A DNA stretch of 58,074 nucleotides from Lama guanicoe (lineage: Eukaryota), in assembly GCA_013239625.1 (NCBI GenBank), contig MU053754.1, positions 310,001 to 368,074 on the forward strand, in the 5' to 3' direction. Made by a program: the position numbers and the translations under genes. This document shows positions 1 through 12,659 of this stretch, one piece after another. The notes beneath the pieces were generated by a model. It had not been told where the DNA came from and ran no database searches. It saw only the letters and a program-made list of their open reading frames with translations. Every line of letters starts with the position of its first letter. Position 1 is the stretch's first letter.

Positions 1-232
1 GCCCAGAGGTTCCTGCTTTTCTTTCTCTGCCCAGGGACCCCTGCTGTTCACAAGGTGTATGGCTTCCTGCGTCCGGCCCTTGCCCCGCCTTTCCGCCCAG
101 TTCCTGCCATTTGGCCTGCGTCCACCCTTTCTCTGCTCATTTCGAGCCATCTGCCTGCTCTGACAACTGGCGGATGGTCACTTCCTGTTCAGGGGAGTCT
201 TGTTGTTGCTGTTTCTGTTTTTCATTTTGCAG

Positions 233-540
233 CACGAGGGATAAGGAATCTCAGTGAAGCGCAATTCTACTTTTGAGACCGACGACGGAGCCTGCCCATC
301 CCCTGTTTATTAGCCTCTCTTGTTCAAGTTCTAGGCAAACATTTAAAAGTACAGCGAAAAAACACCAGGAATAGTCTCACAGAGCCATACTTCTAGTAGA
401 ATCTTTGCCCCTACGTGGAATTTTTCCCCCCCTAGGGAAAGTCTTTTACTAGCAAAGGGTGACTCTCTAGAGTATGTTGCTATAGTTATACAAATATTGC
501 AACAGAAAGTGAAATAAAACACACAGGAAAGGTTTATCAT
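233..540 (+). other. Candidate alternative terminal exon (possible C-terminus x-RGIRNLSEAQFYF*)
   Basis: Strong acceptor gtttctgtttttcattttgcag ending at 232; phase-1 reading stops at TGA 274-276; AATAAA at 513-518. No homology recognised. Confidence 0.25.
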
Positions 541-1489
541 GGTCTGTAGTCTCTTTTTTGAAGTATTAATTATCATAAAATTATTCACATTCGTAGTACC
601 TTAATATTTCTGATTGATAAAATTTTTAAAATAGTTTTAAGAGGTAGATTTCTAACTTGAGAGAAAATGTCCATTCTGCAGGAGCTGCAATGGATTTCCC
701 TCCCTGTATTTTCATCTCGGGAAGCTGGATTCACTGCCCAAGATCACTCCATACTTGGTATGAGATTCGTTGGGAGCTGGAGGAACAGAATTGTCTCCTT
801 GCCTCTGTGGTCCAATGTGTGTTTGTTACATGTTGAAAGATAATGAAAAAATACTTGGTGTAGGAGATAGCAGTCCTATTTTTTTTCCTCTCTGGTGGAA
901 AAAAAAAACCAGACGGCACTTACTTAACACTCTCAGATATATAGCCCCACATATTTTGTCTGGTGAAAGGGGGAAAAAAAGATATTAGGATACATTCTGT
1001 GAGTTTTTGACAAACAACCTGATACAGCACATACTTTGCCAAGTCTGTCAAAGTGAAATAGTTTTGGAAATAGAGCAGGTGATATTTTATGTGTGCTTAG
1101 GTTAAAAAATGGAGTGGGTTTCCCTGAAATATGATTTCCAAGTTTTGAAGTCATTATGTGTGAAAGCACCCTGTTCTAAGGAAAAAGGGCTTCCCAGGGA
1201 GAGTTTGATGGGCAAAGGGTCAGACGCTCTTGTGACCTTCGTGTTTTGTCCGCATTCAGTAAGCTATGCAGAGACATCTTTTTATCAGTGTTAATGTCCT
1301 TTTTAAAAATTACTTGTTATAGAATTGTTTCTCTTCTTAGTACACTTTCCCTCTGTGCAGTGATTTTAAGAAACCATTAATGCTTCTATTTTTTTTTTGC
1401 AATTATAAGATTCCCGGCATTAAATATTAATGTTTCATTTTTTTCTGCATCTTGACCAATTTCTTAAGATACTGCAGTAACTACGAGGT

Positions 1490-1720
1490 AAAACTATGGA
1501 GTCAGTCTGCTTGGTCACTTATGTTAGTTCTGCCCTTAAAATGTGTGGTCTCAGGCAGGTGACTTACGTTCTAGGTTATTCAGTTTATTTTTCTATAAAA
1601 TGGGGACACTACAAGGACCTATGTTATGGTTATAGTGAGGTTTTTCAGGAATACATACGAAGTGCACCGAATGTCACACGGGGTGCAGTGAGCAATACAG
1701 AAGTTTCTGCTATTATTGTG
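1490..1720 (+). mobile_element. MIR SINE (diverged)
   Basis: MIR core-like: tgtggtctcaggcaggtgacttac...tcagtttatttttctataaaatgggga...gtgagg. Confidence 0.7.
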
Positions 1721-1799
1721 ATTCCATAATGCACCTTTTGCATTTGCTTTGCAAGTGTCGGAAATCTTTTGGTTTTTGTTTTCTTATTTTTTATTCAAA

Positions 1800-2342
1800 A
1801 AATTTTTTTTAATTGAAGTGTGGTCAGTTTACAATGTTGTGTTAATTTCTGATGTACAGCATAGTGATTGAGTTATACACACACACACACATATATATAC
1901 CTTTTCATATTCTTTTTCATTATAGTCTATTACAAGATGCTGAATATAGTTCTCTGTGCTGTACAGTAGGACCTTGTTGGTTATCTACTTGGTATATAGT
2001 AGTTAGTATCTGCAAATGTTGAACCCCCAATTTATCCCTTTCTACCTCCTTTCCACCCCAGTAGCCATAAGTTTGTTTTCTATGTCTGTGAGTATGTTTC
2101 TGTTTTGTAAAAAAGTTCATTTGTCTCTCTCTCTCTTTTTTTTTAGATTCCACATATAAGTGATATCATATGATATTTGTCTTTCTGTTTCTGGCTTACT
2201 TCACTTAGTATGATAATCTCCAGGTCCATCCATGTTTCTTCAGATAACATTATTTTTTTCATTTTTATGGCTGAGTAGTAACCTGTTGTATATATTATAT
2301 ACAAGCATATAACTTATTTATCTAGTCATCTGTTGATGCAGA
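1800..2342 (-). mobile_element. L1 3' end, cetartiodactyl/camelid type
   Basis: Poly-T then aattgaagtgtggtcagtttacaatgttgtgttaatttct...gattccacatataagtgatatcata...tccatccatgtt, typical antisense L1 3'UTR; contains (CA)n/(TA)n. Confidence 0.9.
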
Positions 2343-2354
2343 TATTGGCAATCT

Positions 2355-2813
2355 TGATGAAGATTCTCTTCTTGGCCAAACAGTAGTCATACCCCTCTGA
2401 GTTTGACTAGGCTTCATGCTTGGGCAAGTCCTCCAGGAGCACAGTTTTAGCAAAAATCCTGTCAGTGTGTTTTAGCCAGAATCTCCCACCCTTAATATCT
2501 GATCACTGTCTTCAAGTCGTCCCACGTCCCATCCCCTGGGTGCTATCCAGTTACCCTCCCCAACCCTCAGCAAGAAACCAGTTAGGTCCTTTTAGCAAAG
2601 GATTCCCCTACCCTCTTGGTAATTTTCCACCCACCCCAGCCGCACCTTACACACTCTGCTTTTTGGCTTTCCTTACCGGGTTTGGAGATGATCCCAGTGT
2701 CTGTCCCCTACTGTGAAACTCCTCTGCAGTAGTTCCTGTATGTTCAAGACAGTCCTGAGGAAAGTCTGCCTTACTGTTTTAACAAATGTCATGAATAATT
2801 CTTTTTCTTAATA
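2355..2813 (+). mobile_element. ERV1 solo LTR (MER87/MER4-group-like)
   Basis: Begins TG, ends ttcttaata (CA>TA); 4-bp TSD atct at 2351-2354 and 2814-2817; motif ttttagccagaatctcccacccttaatatctgatca. Confidence 0.8.
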
Positions 2814-2857
2814 ATCTTTATCTTAGTCCCTCTAACCTCCATTTTCTTAAGCTATCA

Positions 2858-3595
2858 AAAATGTGGAATAGAACTACCATATGAACCAGCAACCCCACTT
2901 GTGGGTTTGTCTGCAAAGGAAACAAACCATTATCTCAAAGAGGTCGCTGTATCCCCATGTTCACTGCAGCATTGTTCACAATAGCAGTGTTGCCATATTA
3001 TTGAAAGAACCTACATTTCTGTCAAAAGATGAATGGATCAAAAAATGAATAAAAAAACGTATATACACACACCATGGAATATTATGTAGCCTTTAAATAA
3101 AAGGAAATCCTGTCATTTGCAACAACATGGATGGACTTGGAGGGTATTACGCTAAATGAAACAACTCAGACAGAGAAAGACAGATGCTGTATAGTATGAC
3201 TTATGTGTGGAATCTGAAAAGCAGGGAAGTTAAACTCATAGGAACTGATTGTGGGATGGTGATTGCCTGGGTCCAGGGGTTATAGGAAATGGTAAGGGTT
3301 AGTTAAAGGGCTCAGACTTTCAGCGATAAGATGAATGAGCTCTGAGGACTGAGTGTGTAACATGGTGACTGTAGCTGACACCACTTTTGGATATAGTAGT
3401 ATGTATCCGATCCTTGACGGAAGACTCGCACTTAAATGTTGTCAGACACACACACAGAAGGGAAGTATGTTTGTGGGAACCCTTTCACAAAGTCTGCGTG
3501 GTCAAGTCATCACAGTGTGCTCTTTAATAAGTATTGTCCCATTTTGTTTGTCAGTTATACCTCAGGAACACAGAAAAAAACAGAATAAATAAAAA
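2858..3595 (+). mobile_element. L1 (L1MA/MB-like) ORF2 end and 3'UTR
   Basis: atagaactaccatatgaaccagcaacccc...atggaatattatgtagcc...tgtcatttgcaacaacatggatggac...A-rich tail at about 3570-3595. Confidence 0.9.
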
Positions 3596-4323
3596 CGTTT
3601 ATTTATTTGGGGTAGTGTTGACTAGATCTGCTATGTCAGCATTTGATTTGCCTTTCTTCCTCGCTATAAACAGTGATGATTATTTTTTTTTGAGTCCACA
3701 TAGAGGAGTGACTTAAATTCAGCCTTGATTTTCAACTTGAAAAAGAGAGCAAAAGTACAGCCTTACTTTGGGGAAAATGAAAGATAAAGACAGGCAGACC
3801 ACTTGCAGATGATACACACTCTCCTCACCGACCCATTTATTTCCAAAGTGCTACTGTAGCAGAGGGTACCTTTGAGGGCTGGGTTGGAGGAGCCCCTTTA
3901 TTCAATTTATTTACTTACCTGTTTCCTTGAGGACAGCACAGAGAATGAGTCATCTTTGTAGACTCTGTCTCCAGCACTTAATAGACAATAAATGACTCTT
4001 TTTTTAACTCAACACATTCTAAGGGCTGTTCTTGTGAGCATCTTCTGATTTAAGTGCTTGCTAGGAGTGCAGCCTCTACTGACGAGTTGGGCGGCCCTTG
4101 AAATCAAGTGTTGAGGAGGGAGACGCTGAGGGAGAAGAGACAACTGCAAAGGAGGCAGGGACAAGAGCTGGAGGTAGCACGGGGACTGGGGAGAGAAGAA
4201 AGGGCGTGTGAACCAGGGCAGGGGAGCGTGCGGATGCACACGGAGGGCAGGAGCAGGTTCAAAGGCTCATACAAACAGCAGGCAGGAGAGTCAGCCCTGG
4301 TCGTTCATTTATCAGACAGAGTC

Positions 4324-4447
4324 GGGGGAGGGCGTAGCTCGGGGGTACAGCCCGTGCTTACTGTGCAGGCGGTCCTGGGTTCAATCCTCAGTCCTTCTGT
4401 TAAAAATGAATAAATAAACCTAATTACCACCTCCCCTCCCCCCAAAA
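4324..4447 (+). mobile_element. Camelid tRNA-derived SINE (Vic-1-like)
   Basis: ggggagggcgtagctcgggggtacag...gtcctgggttcaatcctcagt (A and B boxes) then aataaataaacctaattacc tail. Confidence 0.85.
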
Positions 4448-4814
4448 TGTGGAGGGTGGGGTTAGATGAGGAAGAGGGGAGTCAAATGCCAATCCCGTGT
4501 TCCCTGCCATCCAGGGTGACAGGGCGATGCTTTCTGTCAGTCACACAGCAGGAGGGCGTACTCTCCGGCGCTCAGGACAGATAGCAATGAGATGTCCAGA
4601 GCTGACTTCATAGGTGAGTCCTCAGGACAGGTGACACGTCCGGGGAAGTTGGTGACTCACCAGGTTGTAGAAGCCGGTGACCGTGAAAGGAGGACCAGAG
4701 GTGGTTCGGAACAGAATGCTGCAGAACTGTGTCATTTCACAGGGTTTGGACATCTTGGTGAGCCAGGGGTGAATGGAAGGCACATCCACGAGAGAGTGAA
4801 ATGACCGGAGCCCC

Positions 4815-5030
4815 ACTATGTATGAAAATAGGTAAAAGACAGATCTCTTCTGTGTAGGACAGGGGACCGTATTCAATGTCTTGAAATAGCCTTGAATGAA
4901 AAAGAATGTGAAAACGAATATACATGTGTATATGCATGACTGGGACGTTGTCCACAAGAAACTGACACGTTGTAGCTGATTGTACTTCCGTAAAATAAAA
5001 TAGAAAAGCACCCTAAAAATAAAAAGGGGA
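4815..5030 (+). mobile_element. Short camelid L1 3' end
   Basis: cttctgtgtaggacaggggaccgtattcaatgtcttg...gtatatgcatgactggg...gaaactgacac...A-rich tail; related to 26734-27107 and 53750-53970. Confidence 0.8.
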
Positions 5031-5159
5031 AAAAGGAATGGAGCCATCAGGGAAGAAAGGAGAAAATGAGGGGACACAAAGCTGAGCGAAAGGGTACCAG
5101 TGTCATACTCAGCAACTGCTTCAGATACACCCTGAGGACCAAAATGTGTCTGCTTTTTT

Positions 5160-5590
5160 TCATTTATTCTATTATAGTACTATTTGCGTACAATAAAAGC
5201 CCATTTAAGTACTTGCCTTTGTGAGATGGAGAAATGTGCCCTGCTGTTCAGCAGCACTCTGTCAAGATGATTCCATTACCACTCCTGCTCCCCCTGCCCA
5301 AAGATGCTCCTTTAAGCATCCCTTCAACCTGTCTCCCCACCACCGGTGATCTCTTCACTGTCCATATGGTCTTGTCTTTGCAAACATATTACGTAAATGC
5401 AACTATGCAGTGTTTATTTAGTCTTTGAGTCTGGCTTCTTCCCTCAGCATCATACATATCAGATTGGTCCGTGCTAGTGCATAATGTTAGTAGTTCCTTC
5501 TGCTTTATTCCGGCTGTAGTATGAATGCATCAGTGTTTATGTATCCATCTCCTGGATGAGGGGCATGTGGACTATGTCTGGTTTTTTGTC
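5160..5590 (-). mobile_element. Old L1 (L1MB/MC-like) 3' fragment
   Basis: gtctggcttcttccctcagcat...gtttatgtatccatctcctggatgaggggcatgtggac, antisense L1 3' motifs. Confidence 0.65.
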
Positions 5591-5924
5591 TCTTAATTAC
5601 AGAAATACGATTGGTGTCCAGTGCTGAAGATGCGTTCGTGAAGTGGCTGAGATGACAGCCAGATGCGGGATTTGTGGGGAGAAGTTGTCAATTATGGATT
5701 AATATTTCATGAAACTTGCCTGTGAAGTAAGGGATAGCCAGAAATCTGTAGTTCCAGTGAGAAATAGGGTAAAATGAAGATTCTGTTAGATTTATTATGG
5801 GAAGATAAGAGGTGTTTGGACATACGGATATTCTGAGGGCAAATATAGGGTTTATAGTTTCTTATTCTGTTTCATTTTATTTTTTGGGGGGGGTTTATAT
5901 ATATATAAAATTTTGCTGTTACAT

Positions 5925-6465
5925 TGTTGCTGAACTCAGATTTAGCTGATTGCTGCTCAAAATTCAATAATCAGGAAGCAAGTGTCAGTATAAAGGAAAG
6001 TTGCTTTAATCAGAAAAGCCAGCAATCTGGGGAGAAGGTGGACTCATGTCCCGAGACCACCAGTATAGATTCTGCTCAGTCATGACAGTTTTTAAAGGAA
6101 ATAGAGGAAAGAATCTCAGTGAATCATCAAGGGAGGCAGCGAAGCTCTGTGTCACTTTGCATTGTGTGTGGGCTGTCTGACTTTGTGGTCTTTCTTCAGA
6201 TGTGATCATGTACGAATGGTCTGCTTACAGGATTTCTAAGTGGGCTGCTGAGGTAGAAAGCTAGTCATTCTTTACTTAACTCTTCATTCCTACGTCTTTT
6301 AATCTAGGGGAAGAGTCAACAGGTCAGAGGAGGCATGGTGTGCATTTAGTAGAGCATGAATTAGGAGTTAGGTTCAATGTTACCTAGCCATCTCGTTTTT
6401 ATAAATTAGGTTTAAGGGGGACAGAAATAGACAAAGAGGAGGGGGACAAGAGGGCTGCTTGCAAC
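5925..6465 (-). mobile_element. ERV1-type LTR
   Basis: tgttgctgaactcag...aggaaagttgctttaatcagaaaagccagcaatctggggagaaggtggactcatgtccc; distantly similar to the LTRs at 37088 and 52437; right end approximate. Confidence 0.7.
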
Positions 6466-8000
6466 TTGATACCTACTCACCTGAAAGACAGATTTAGTAG
6501 TCAGCAAACTCTTCATCCAAAGACAGCAGGGCTCGCGGGAGAATCATGGGGAGTGTTTGTCTCGAAGCCCTTTGAACTTTGTAACCTGGATGGTAACAAA
6601 AATAAATACAATTATATCAAAACCGCTGGCAAATGAAAAAGACACGTACAGTGCTAACTTTAAAAGGATGCCAGGATGAGTGTAGAATATTGTCTTAAAG
6701 TTAAGAATGATAGCTTGATGAGGGGGAGTGTACAGAAGGTTTTAGAAGACAAGGAAAAGTGCAGCAGAGTCAGGGAGAAACAGGTAATTAGTGTGTCCAA
6801 GGTGGGGGAATGGCTGGCCACGTGGGCCAGAAAGAGAATACAGAGTGAGTGGGGATTGTGTACCTCGGTCTTTTTTCCTGTGTGCTTGATGGTTTCAGCT
6901 ATGTTCCTGTACTTTGTATTCCATGGCTGTGACTGGCTGATATGAAACATTAATCTCTGGTGTAAAATGTATATGAACCAGTGCAACTTTCACATTCTAC
7001 TGACTTCGTTCCTCCAATGAGCAGTGGCGTACAAGCCAATTTATGATATAGAAATAGGCGTGTATCACTAGAAAGAATGATCTCAAAGGTACAAGAGGGA
7101 AAAGCTTGCAGAAGGGAGGTCCCAAAGAATTTAGGGCCAGAGAGAGACCCCATACCAGTAGTTGCGATTAGTTCCTTACCCCTAAACTCTTACTTGGGGT
7201 TCCTCAGGTCTACTCCATTTTACAGAAGGATCATATTCAGGAACTTACAGACGTCAATTTTAGCTCCCACGGTTAATAGGCAACATTTTCAGTTGCTGAA
7301 ATCATTATCTACTGTTTCTCTTCGTTTTCGGTCCATAGCTCATAGCAGCCGTGAATGCAGTGTCACACCGTAGGGATGTGTTGGGTACATCGTAATGTGA
7401 TGAGTGCAAAAGCTATCAGCGGGTGACTTCCTTAGGGTCCCTTCTAAATGAAACGAGAGAAGGATTCTGTTTCCTTCACTTCGAATTCTAGCACTGGTCC
7501 CCTGTCTGGCCTGAGAAGGTGATGTAATGAGAGCTTAGGAGATGAAGGAAGGGAAGGAGGGAGGGAGAGTTGCTGCACCTCACACCTCCTTGTTCAGAAT
7601 CTGAAACCACATGCCCAGATGACCTGGGTGCTCATTGTATCTGGAGACGCACTGGCCTCCACTCTGAACTTTGGTCTCCTTAATTGTGAACAAAAGAGAG
7701 AGAGGTGGGGTGGGTGCAGAGAAAGACAGAGAAACTGACCTACCTGTACAGATATGCGGATTCCAAAAAGGCATGTGAAATGGTTAGCAGGAGGGGGCGG
7801 TGCAAGAATGAAAGGTGCTGTTAGCAAGAGTAACGAGAAAGTGCGGCAGTAAGTGCACTAGATGTTGGAGATGAACGGAGCTGTAGGGAGGGGCACTCTC
7901 TCTCTTGCCCTCATATTATTTCCCTGTCTCAACCCCTTGCTGGCTCTTTGCCATGCTGTAGCAGTGGAGTTCCTAGATGTGTGTTTAACGTCAATCGTGG

Positions 8001-8206
8001 CAGTGGTTGGCGACCGAGGGCTCTTCCCCCAGGAGACATCTGGATCCCTTGTTGGCTGCCATGACTGGGTGGGAGAGATGTTACCGGCATCTAGTGGGTG
8101 GAGTCCAGGGTCGCTCCCAAACATGTTACAACGCTCAGGGTATGTCCCCAAAACAGAGCAGAATCCAGTCCCAAACATTAATAGCGCCAATGCCGAGAAA
8201 TCCCTG
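8001..8206 (+). mobile_element. MER20 hAT-Charlie MITE
   Basis: cagtggtt...ggcatctagtgggtggagtccaggg...cccaaacattaatagcgccaatgccgagaaatccctg follows the MER20 consensus. Confidence 0.9.
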
Positions 8207-9384
8207 AATTATGATGATCTAGAGACCTCTGTTTGCAGAAAGGACACATTTTGCAAGTGAAGGTCTTCCGACAGGGACACAAATGAATAATCTGTAGACG
8301 TATTCAAAGCACAGACTATGAGTAGACTCAACGTATTAGTTGGGAAAAGGAATCAAGGAATGAAACGGAAACTTTTTCAAATAATTTTGTCCGCACCTCT
8401 ACGTAGATGTTGTATTAGTTGTGTAAGTAGTAAGGCAAGGTGGGAGAGTTCTTGTCTGGTAGGGGATTATAGTAAAAGCTGGAGATCGACTATTCAGGCA
8501 CCCGATGAAGCAGATGCGATACACTAAAGTGGAACCCGCAAGAGACTAAATCAAACACTGGTCTTTCGGAGAAGGACTTACCACCTTTACGCACAGAATC
8601 CTGTTAGTGATGTTAATACTGGAGCTTTAATCTCATAGGCAGTGGGTGAGTATCAACGGGAGAATGATTTCATTTACAATAAATGGTCAAAGTTCTGGGT
8701 CATAAAACACAGTCTGGGTCATTAAAAACACACGTCAAAGGAAAAATGTGGCTTAATTTATTACCTCAATTTTCTGCCCGAATTTCCCTGGCTGTTGCTC
8801 TTTTTATTAATTTTATGATCTGGGGGTTTATTTATAAGCAGAACGCTGTCCCCAGATGGATGAACCTGTTTACTAGTAAATCAGTATACGGTAAACACTG
8901 CTATAAAATAAATCAGGTAGTCGTGAGCCATCCAAAATGAAGAATTCTAGATCTCCCAAAAGAGCACTTTGGTAGGTTACATCAGCTAACTCCAATCCTG
9001 CACCCAGGAGTCAGGAACGATGGTCGGTTTACGAGCCTTGCAGAGCACACATTTTCTTTCTCCTGCTCAGCCGGGCTCTGTCGTAATAAATAGCTAATTG
9101 GTTTTGTCCTGTTTTACTCATTCTACATTACTCTTTGCAATAATCACATTTAGATCCATAGGTTTATTATGGTTTCCTTTATGATAAACTTTTCACTAGT
9201 TTAACCCCTCATCTTTCCTTTCTTAGTCATGGAACACACCCAAAATATTCACAACAAACTCAGCACAGGCATTTCTGCTTTTTTGTTCTACAATTCCTTT
9301 GTTATATTTATTACCGTTAATTATTTCCTTAATCCTATAAACGTGCTTAACATCTAAAAGTACATTGTTGTTTTCCTTCCACAG

Positions 9385-9487
9385 AGGACTCCCTGGGAAA
9401 TTCCCGATACAGAGCAACAACTCCGCTTCAGAGAGTCCTGTGAAAAGCTGCATCAACGAAATCCGAGGAGAATCGTCCTTGAAAAAG
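9385..9487 (+). CDS. Candidate internal exon (103 nt) of an unidentified host gene
   Basis: Acceptor ttgttgttttccttccacag and donor AAG|gtgagg; purine-rich and CpG-retaining within AT-rich flanks; two open frames (GLPGKFPIQSNNSASESPVKSCINEIRGESSLKK or RTPWEIPDTEQQLRFRESCEKLHQRNPRRIVLEK). Confidence 0.55.
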
Positions 9488-12400
9488 GTGAGGATGGGTC
9501 TTGTAGAAAGACTTCGCCAAATTTTTGTGCAAAGTTTCTACCATGTACTACACACAACACAAAGATAAAAAGTCAGAGAAAATGAAATGTGCCTTAAAAT
9601 TAAGGTGAAAACGAATTGCAACGTTTTCGATAAGAATGCATAACATTTTACAGATGTTCGTGGTATTTCTAAGCAAATAGTTTCCATACCTTAATGATCA
9701 TCAAACTAGCGTATGCTTTTATTTATTAGCCTTTCACTCTTTCTCTTTTTCTTTCTGCTCGTGAGACTCTCTAAAGACCCACTCGGAAAATACTTGTTTT
9801 CCCTCCAGTTGGCTCTGAGCTTGTCTGATTCATACACTGAACTACCCAGGGAAGAAACGGTCCCCCAGCTAGACACGCTTTCAGCGCCTTCCTGTGCAGA
9901 TAACGCTGCTGCGTTTGCCTCCGGAGGGGCATGCCATGCCTGTTTCATGTGTTAAGAATGTTGTCTGGGGTCACTGATCTGGACACCTGAGGGAGCATGT
10001 GATCGTCGCATAAAGGGTCGGAGAAGAGCCCTGTGTGGTCCCTGGGGCCGCCCCCTTTTCCCACCAGGCACCTTGTCAGGATGAATGAAGACGCCTCCCC
10101 CGGCTGGGCAGCCCTGCAGGGCTCGGATGCCTCTTGGGCGCCTCAGCGCACCAAGTAAAGAGCCCTGCTGAGTAGACGTGCTGCCTGCAACGTGGGGGAC
10201 GTGAACAGGTAGTACAAGACACAGGCGAAGAGTAACTTAACGGAGTCTCTAGGTCACACCTGTTACTTCCTGTCTGGCTGTGTCTTACACAGTTACTTGC
10301 TTTAATTAAATACCTGATGTCCTCTTCCTGAAATGGTAGGGCGTGTTGGCCATAGCGCTTAAGTGTCTCACTGGCTACTTATGTTGTTGAATATCAGCGT
10401 GGGTCTAGGTAAAGTCAGAGAAGGCGGGGACATTCCCGAGGTGTCCAGGGCTCTTGGCCAAGGGACGAGGTTGTGTCTGTCTCCCTTCCAGAAGCCGTTA
10501 GGCACGTTTCTGCTGTATGCGAAATTACTAGAACACGTTTGGTGGTGGATAATACTGAAAATGTGTGTATGAAGACACGGGTTTTCCGGAGAGCAGAGAG
10601 GCAAGGAGTTTGACAGGCGTGTTTGTTTTGAATAGCTGTTATCCATTCACCCATCGCGCTCTCTTGACTAGAGCATCCTGGCTTCTTTTAGGGGGACGAC
10701 AGGCTGAGACAGCCCCCTTAACCTTCATGGTATCCCAAGGATGCGAATGTATAGCCTAAATGAGGGCAGTTGGCTCTCTCTTTAGGGACTTTGGATATTG
10801 AGCAGTAGATAGAGAAAGAAGGGCTGCCGTGGACTCATGGCAGTAGTGGTACCCAAGTGAAGCAGTCCACCAGCGCCTGCCGCCTGCATCTTAGAGATGC
10901 CTTCCTTGTCACGGGTTGGGTCTCATTCTCTCTGACCTTGTTTTTGTTTGTTTTTATTTAAGAAAAAAACTTTTTATCCCCTTAAGTTAGCTAGCACTGG
11001 TTTGTTCCCGGGGGACCAATACTCCAAAATTGACAGTGCCCATCACCGATTTCAAAGAATCACAGTTAGTGAATATGAATGACTTCCAATCTGTTTTCAG
11101 TCTGGTTGAAAACACTGGACTGTCCCTTTTCTGTTTGTACATTTTTCATCATCAAGGGGGCCCAGTGCAGAATATTCTTCTTATAAAACTTGTATTTATA
11201 ATGGGGATTGCATGAATAACTGTGAAGGTTTAAGATGAAAATTAGACCGCTTAGTAAGTACAGATTCTTCCAACAAATGACTCAAAACAATAGACGCCGA
11301 GGAGATGTCTTCCACACTGTAGGGTTCATTTCGCGTGGGGAACCAGCTGCAGTGATGGGCACTATTAGTATTCCTGTCTCCGAGTCCCCCCGGTGGAATG
11401 CGGTAGGGCTGGCTCTGCATTCAGTCAGAGGCAGAATAACAGGCATTCTAGTAACAGGACGATAGGGACGATTACGGGCAAACTCACTGCGACACATTGT
11501 AAATGAGGCCATAGTGGTCGAGACCAAAACTGATGGGGCCGTCACCTCGGGTAGAAATTGAATCCGAAAGTCCCCGTGTGGGCATACATCAGCACGTTGT
11601 CAAGAATTAAATGAAGAGATGGATGATTGATTAAGTTTGTCAATAGCCTGTGACGGCTGACTTCTCTGCAAACCGATTTAATGACTGCTAAGTGAGTGGA
11701 CTTGACTGGTAAGTGTTACTGTTCCGTACTGGGGTATTTTACTGGCTGTTTTTATCTTTTATCTTCCTCCTTCCCAATGTTCTGAACGTTAGGCCTTTAG
11801 GAGTTGCTCACTGAATGCGAACAGGACGAACAGAAAACGTAGGCACTGGTGAGAAAGCCCAGTAAATGATCATTCTTGGAGGTCGCCGCTTACAACCTGG
11901 GCTCTACACCAGCTTTCTTTGGGGGATGAGTTAACAGTTGTGCCAGAAAAACCTACAGTCCTCAACTTGTCAGCTCTTCCTTTATGACGAAGGATCGGAG
12001 AGAAAATTCCAAAAAACTGCCTGGGTCACCATCAGAAGAAACAGGGATTGAAATCTAAGAAAAACAGAACGTTAAATGTTTCAGCTGCTCTTGAGTGTAG
12101 GGCCCCTGGGTCATCTCCAAGAAATGCTTGCCCAAAGGCAATGGAATAACCAGCTGAAAGCGTCCAAGGGAAAAGCCCAGCAGACTGTGTATTCGGATTG
12201 CTGGCTACGGATCAGTGGGTTATGATTCGTGGCCCGTGGAGGTGCTTTGTGTTGGGGCTCACAACCTTAGAACATATGTTCTCCCATAGTCAGCATTCTT
12301 CAACTCCACGGATGAAGCTGTTTCTGTGGCTCTGCTGGTTAATAATTCACGTCTTTCCCAGAAGGAACAGTTCAGGTCAATTAAGAAACAAAAACAAAAA

Positions 12401-12659
12401 CCTGTGATCAGGCATGTGTCCACTTAAGAAAACTAATCTAGGCTGATACTTATTCCCTCTTTCCATTTTGTAGCTGTTTAGGGTTAAATCTAAAACTTCC
12501 TCAGATTCTTGCGCCGTGAAAACGAACGTCTCATCGTCTGGTATTTTATTTTTAGCTACAATACCCACGACTCCAGTGAGCTATGAATCAATTTGTTTGC
12601 ATTTCCTCAAATTGACAGCCCTGTCTTGATTAATGTCTAGGGTATCCATTTTCTTTAGA

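Noticed and set aside
1800..3595. Twin-primed (5'-inverted) L1 insertion
   Set aside because: Both oppositely oriented pieces carry their own 3' ends and appear to be different subfamilies, so they are independent insertions.
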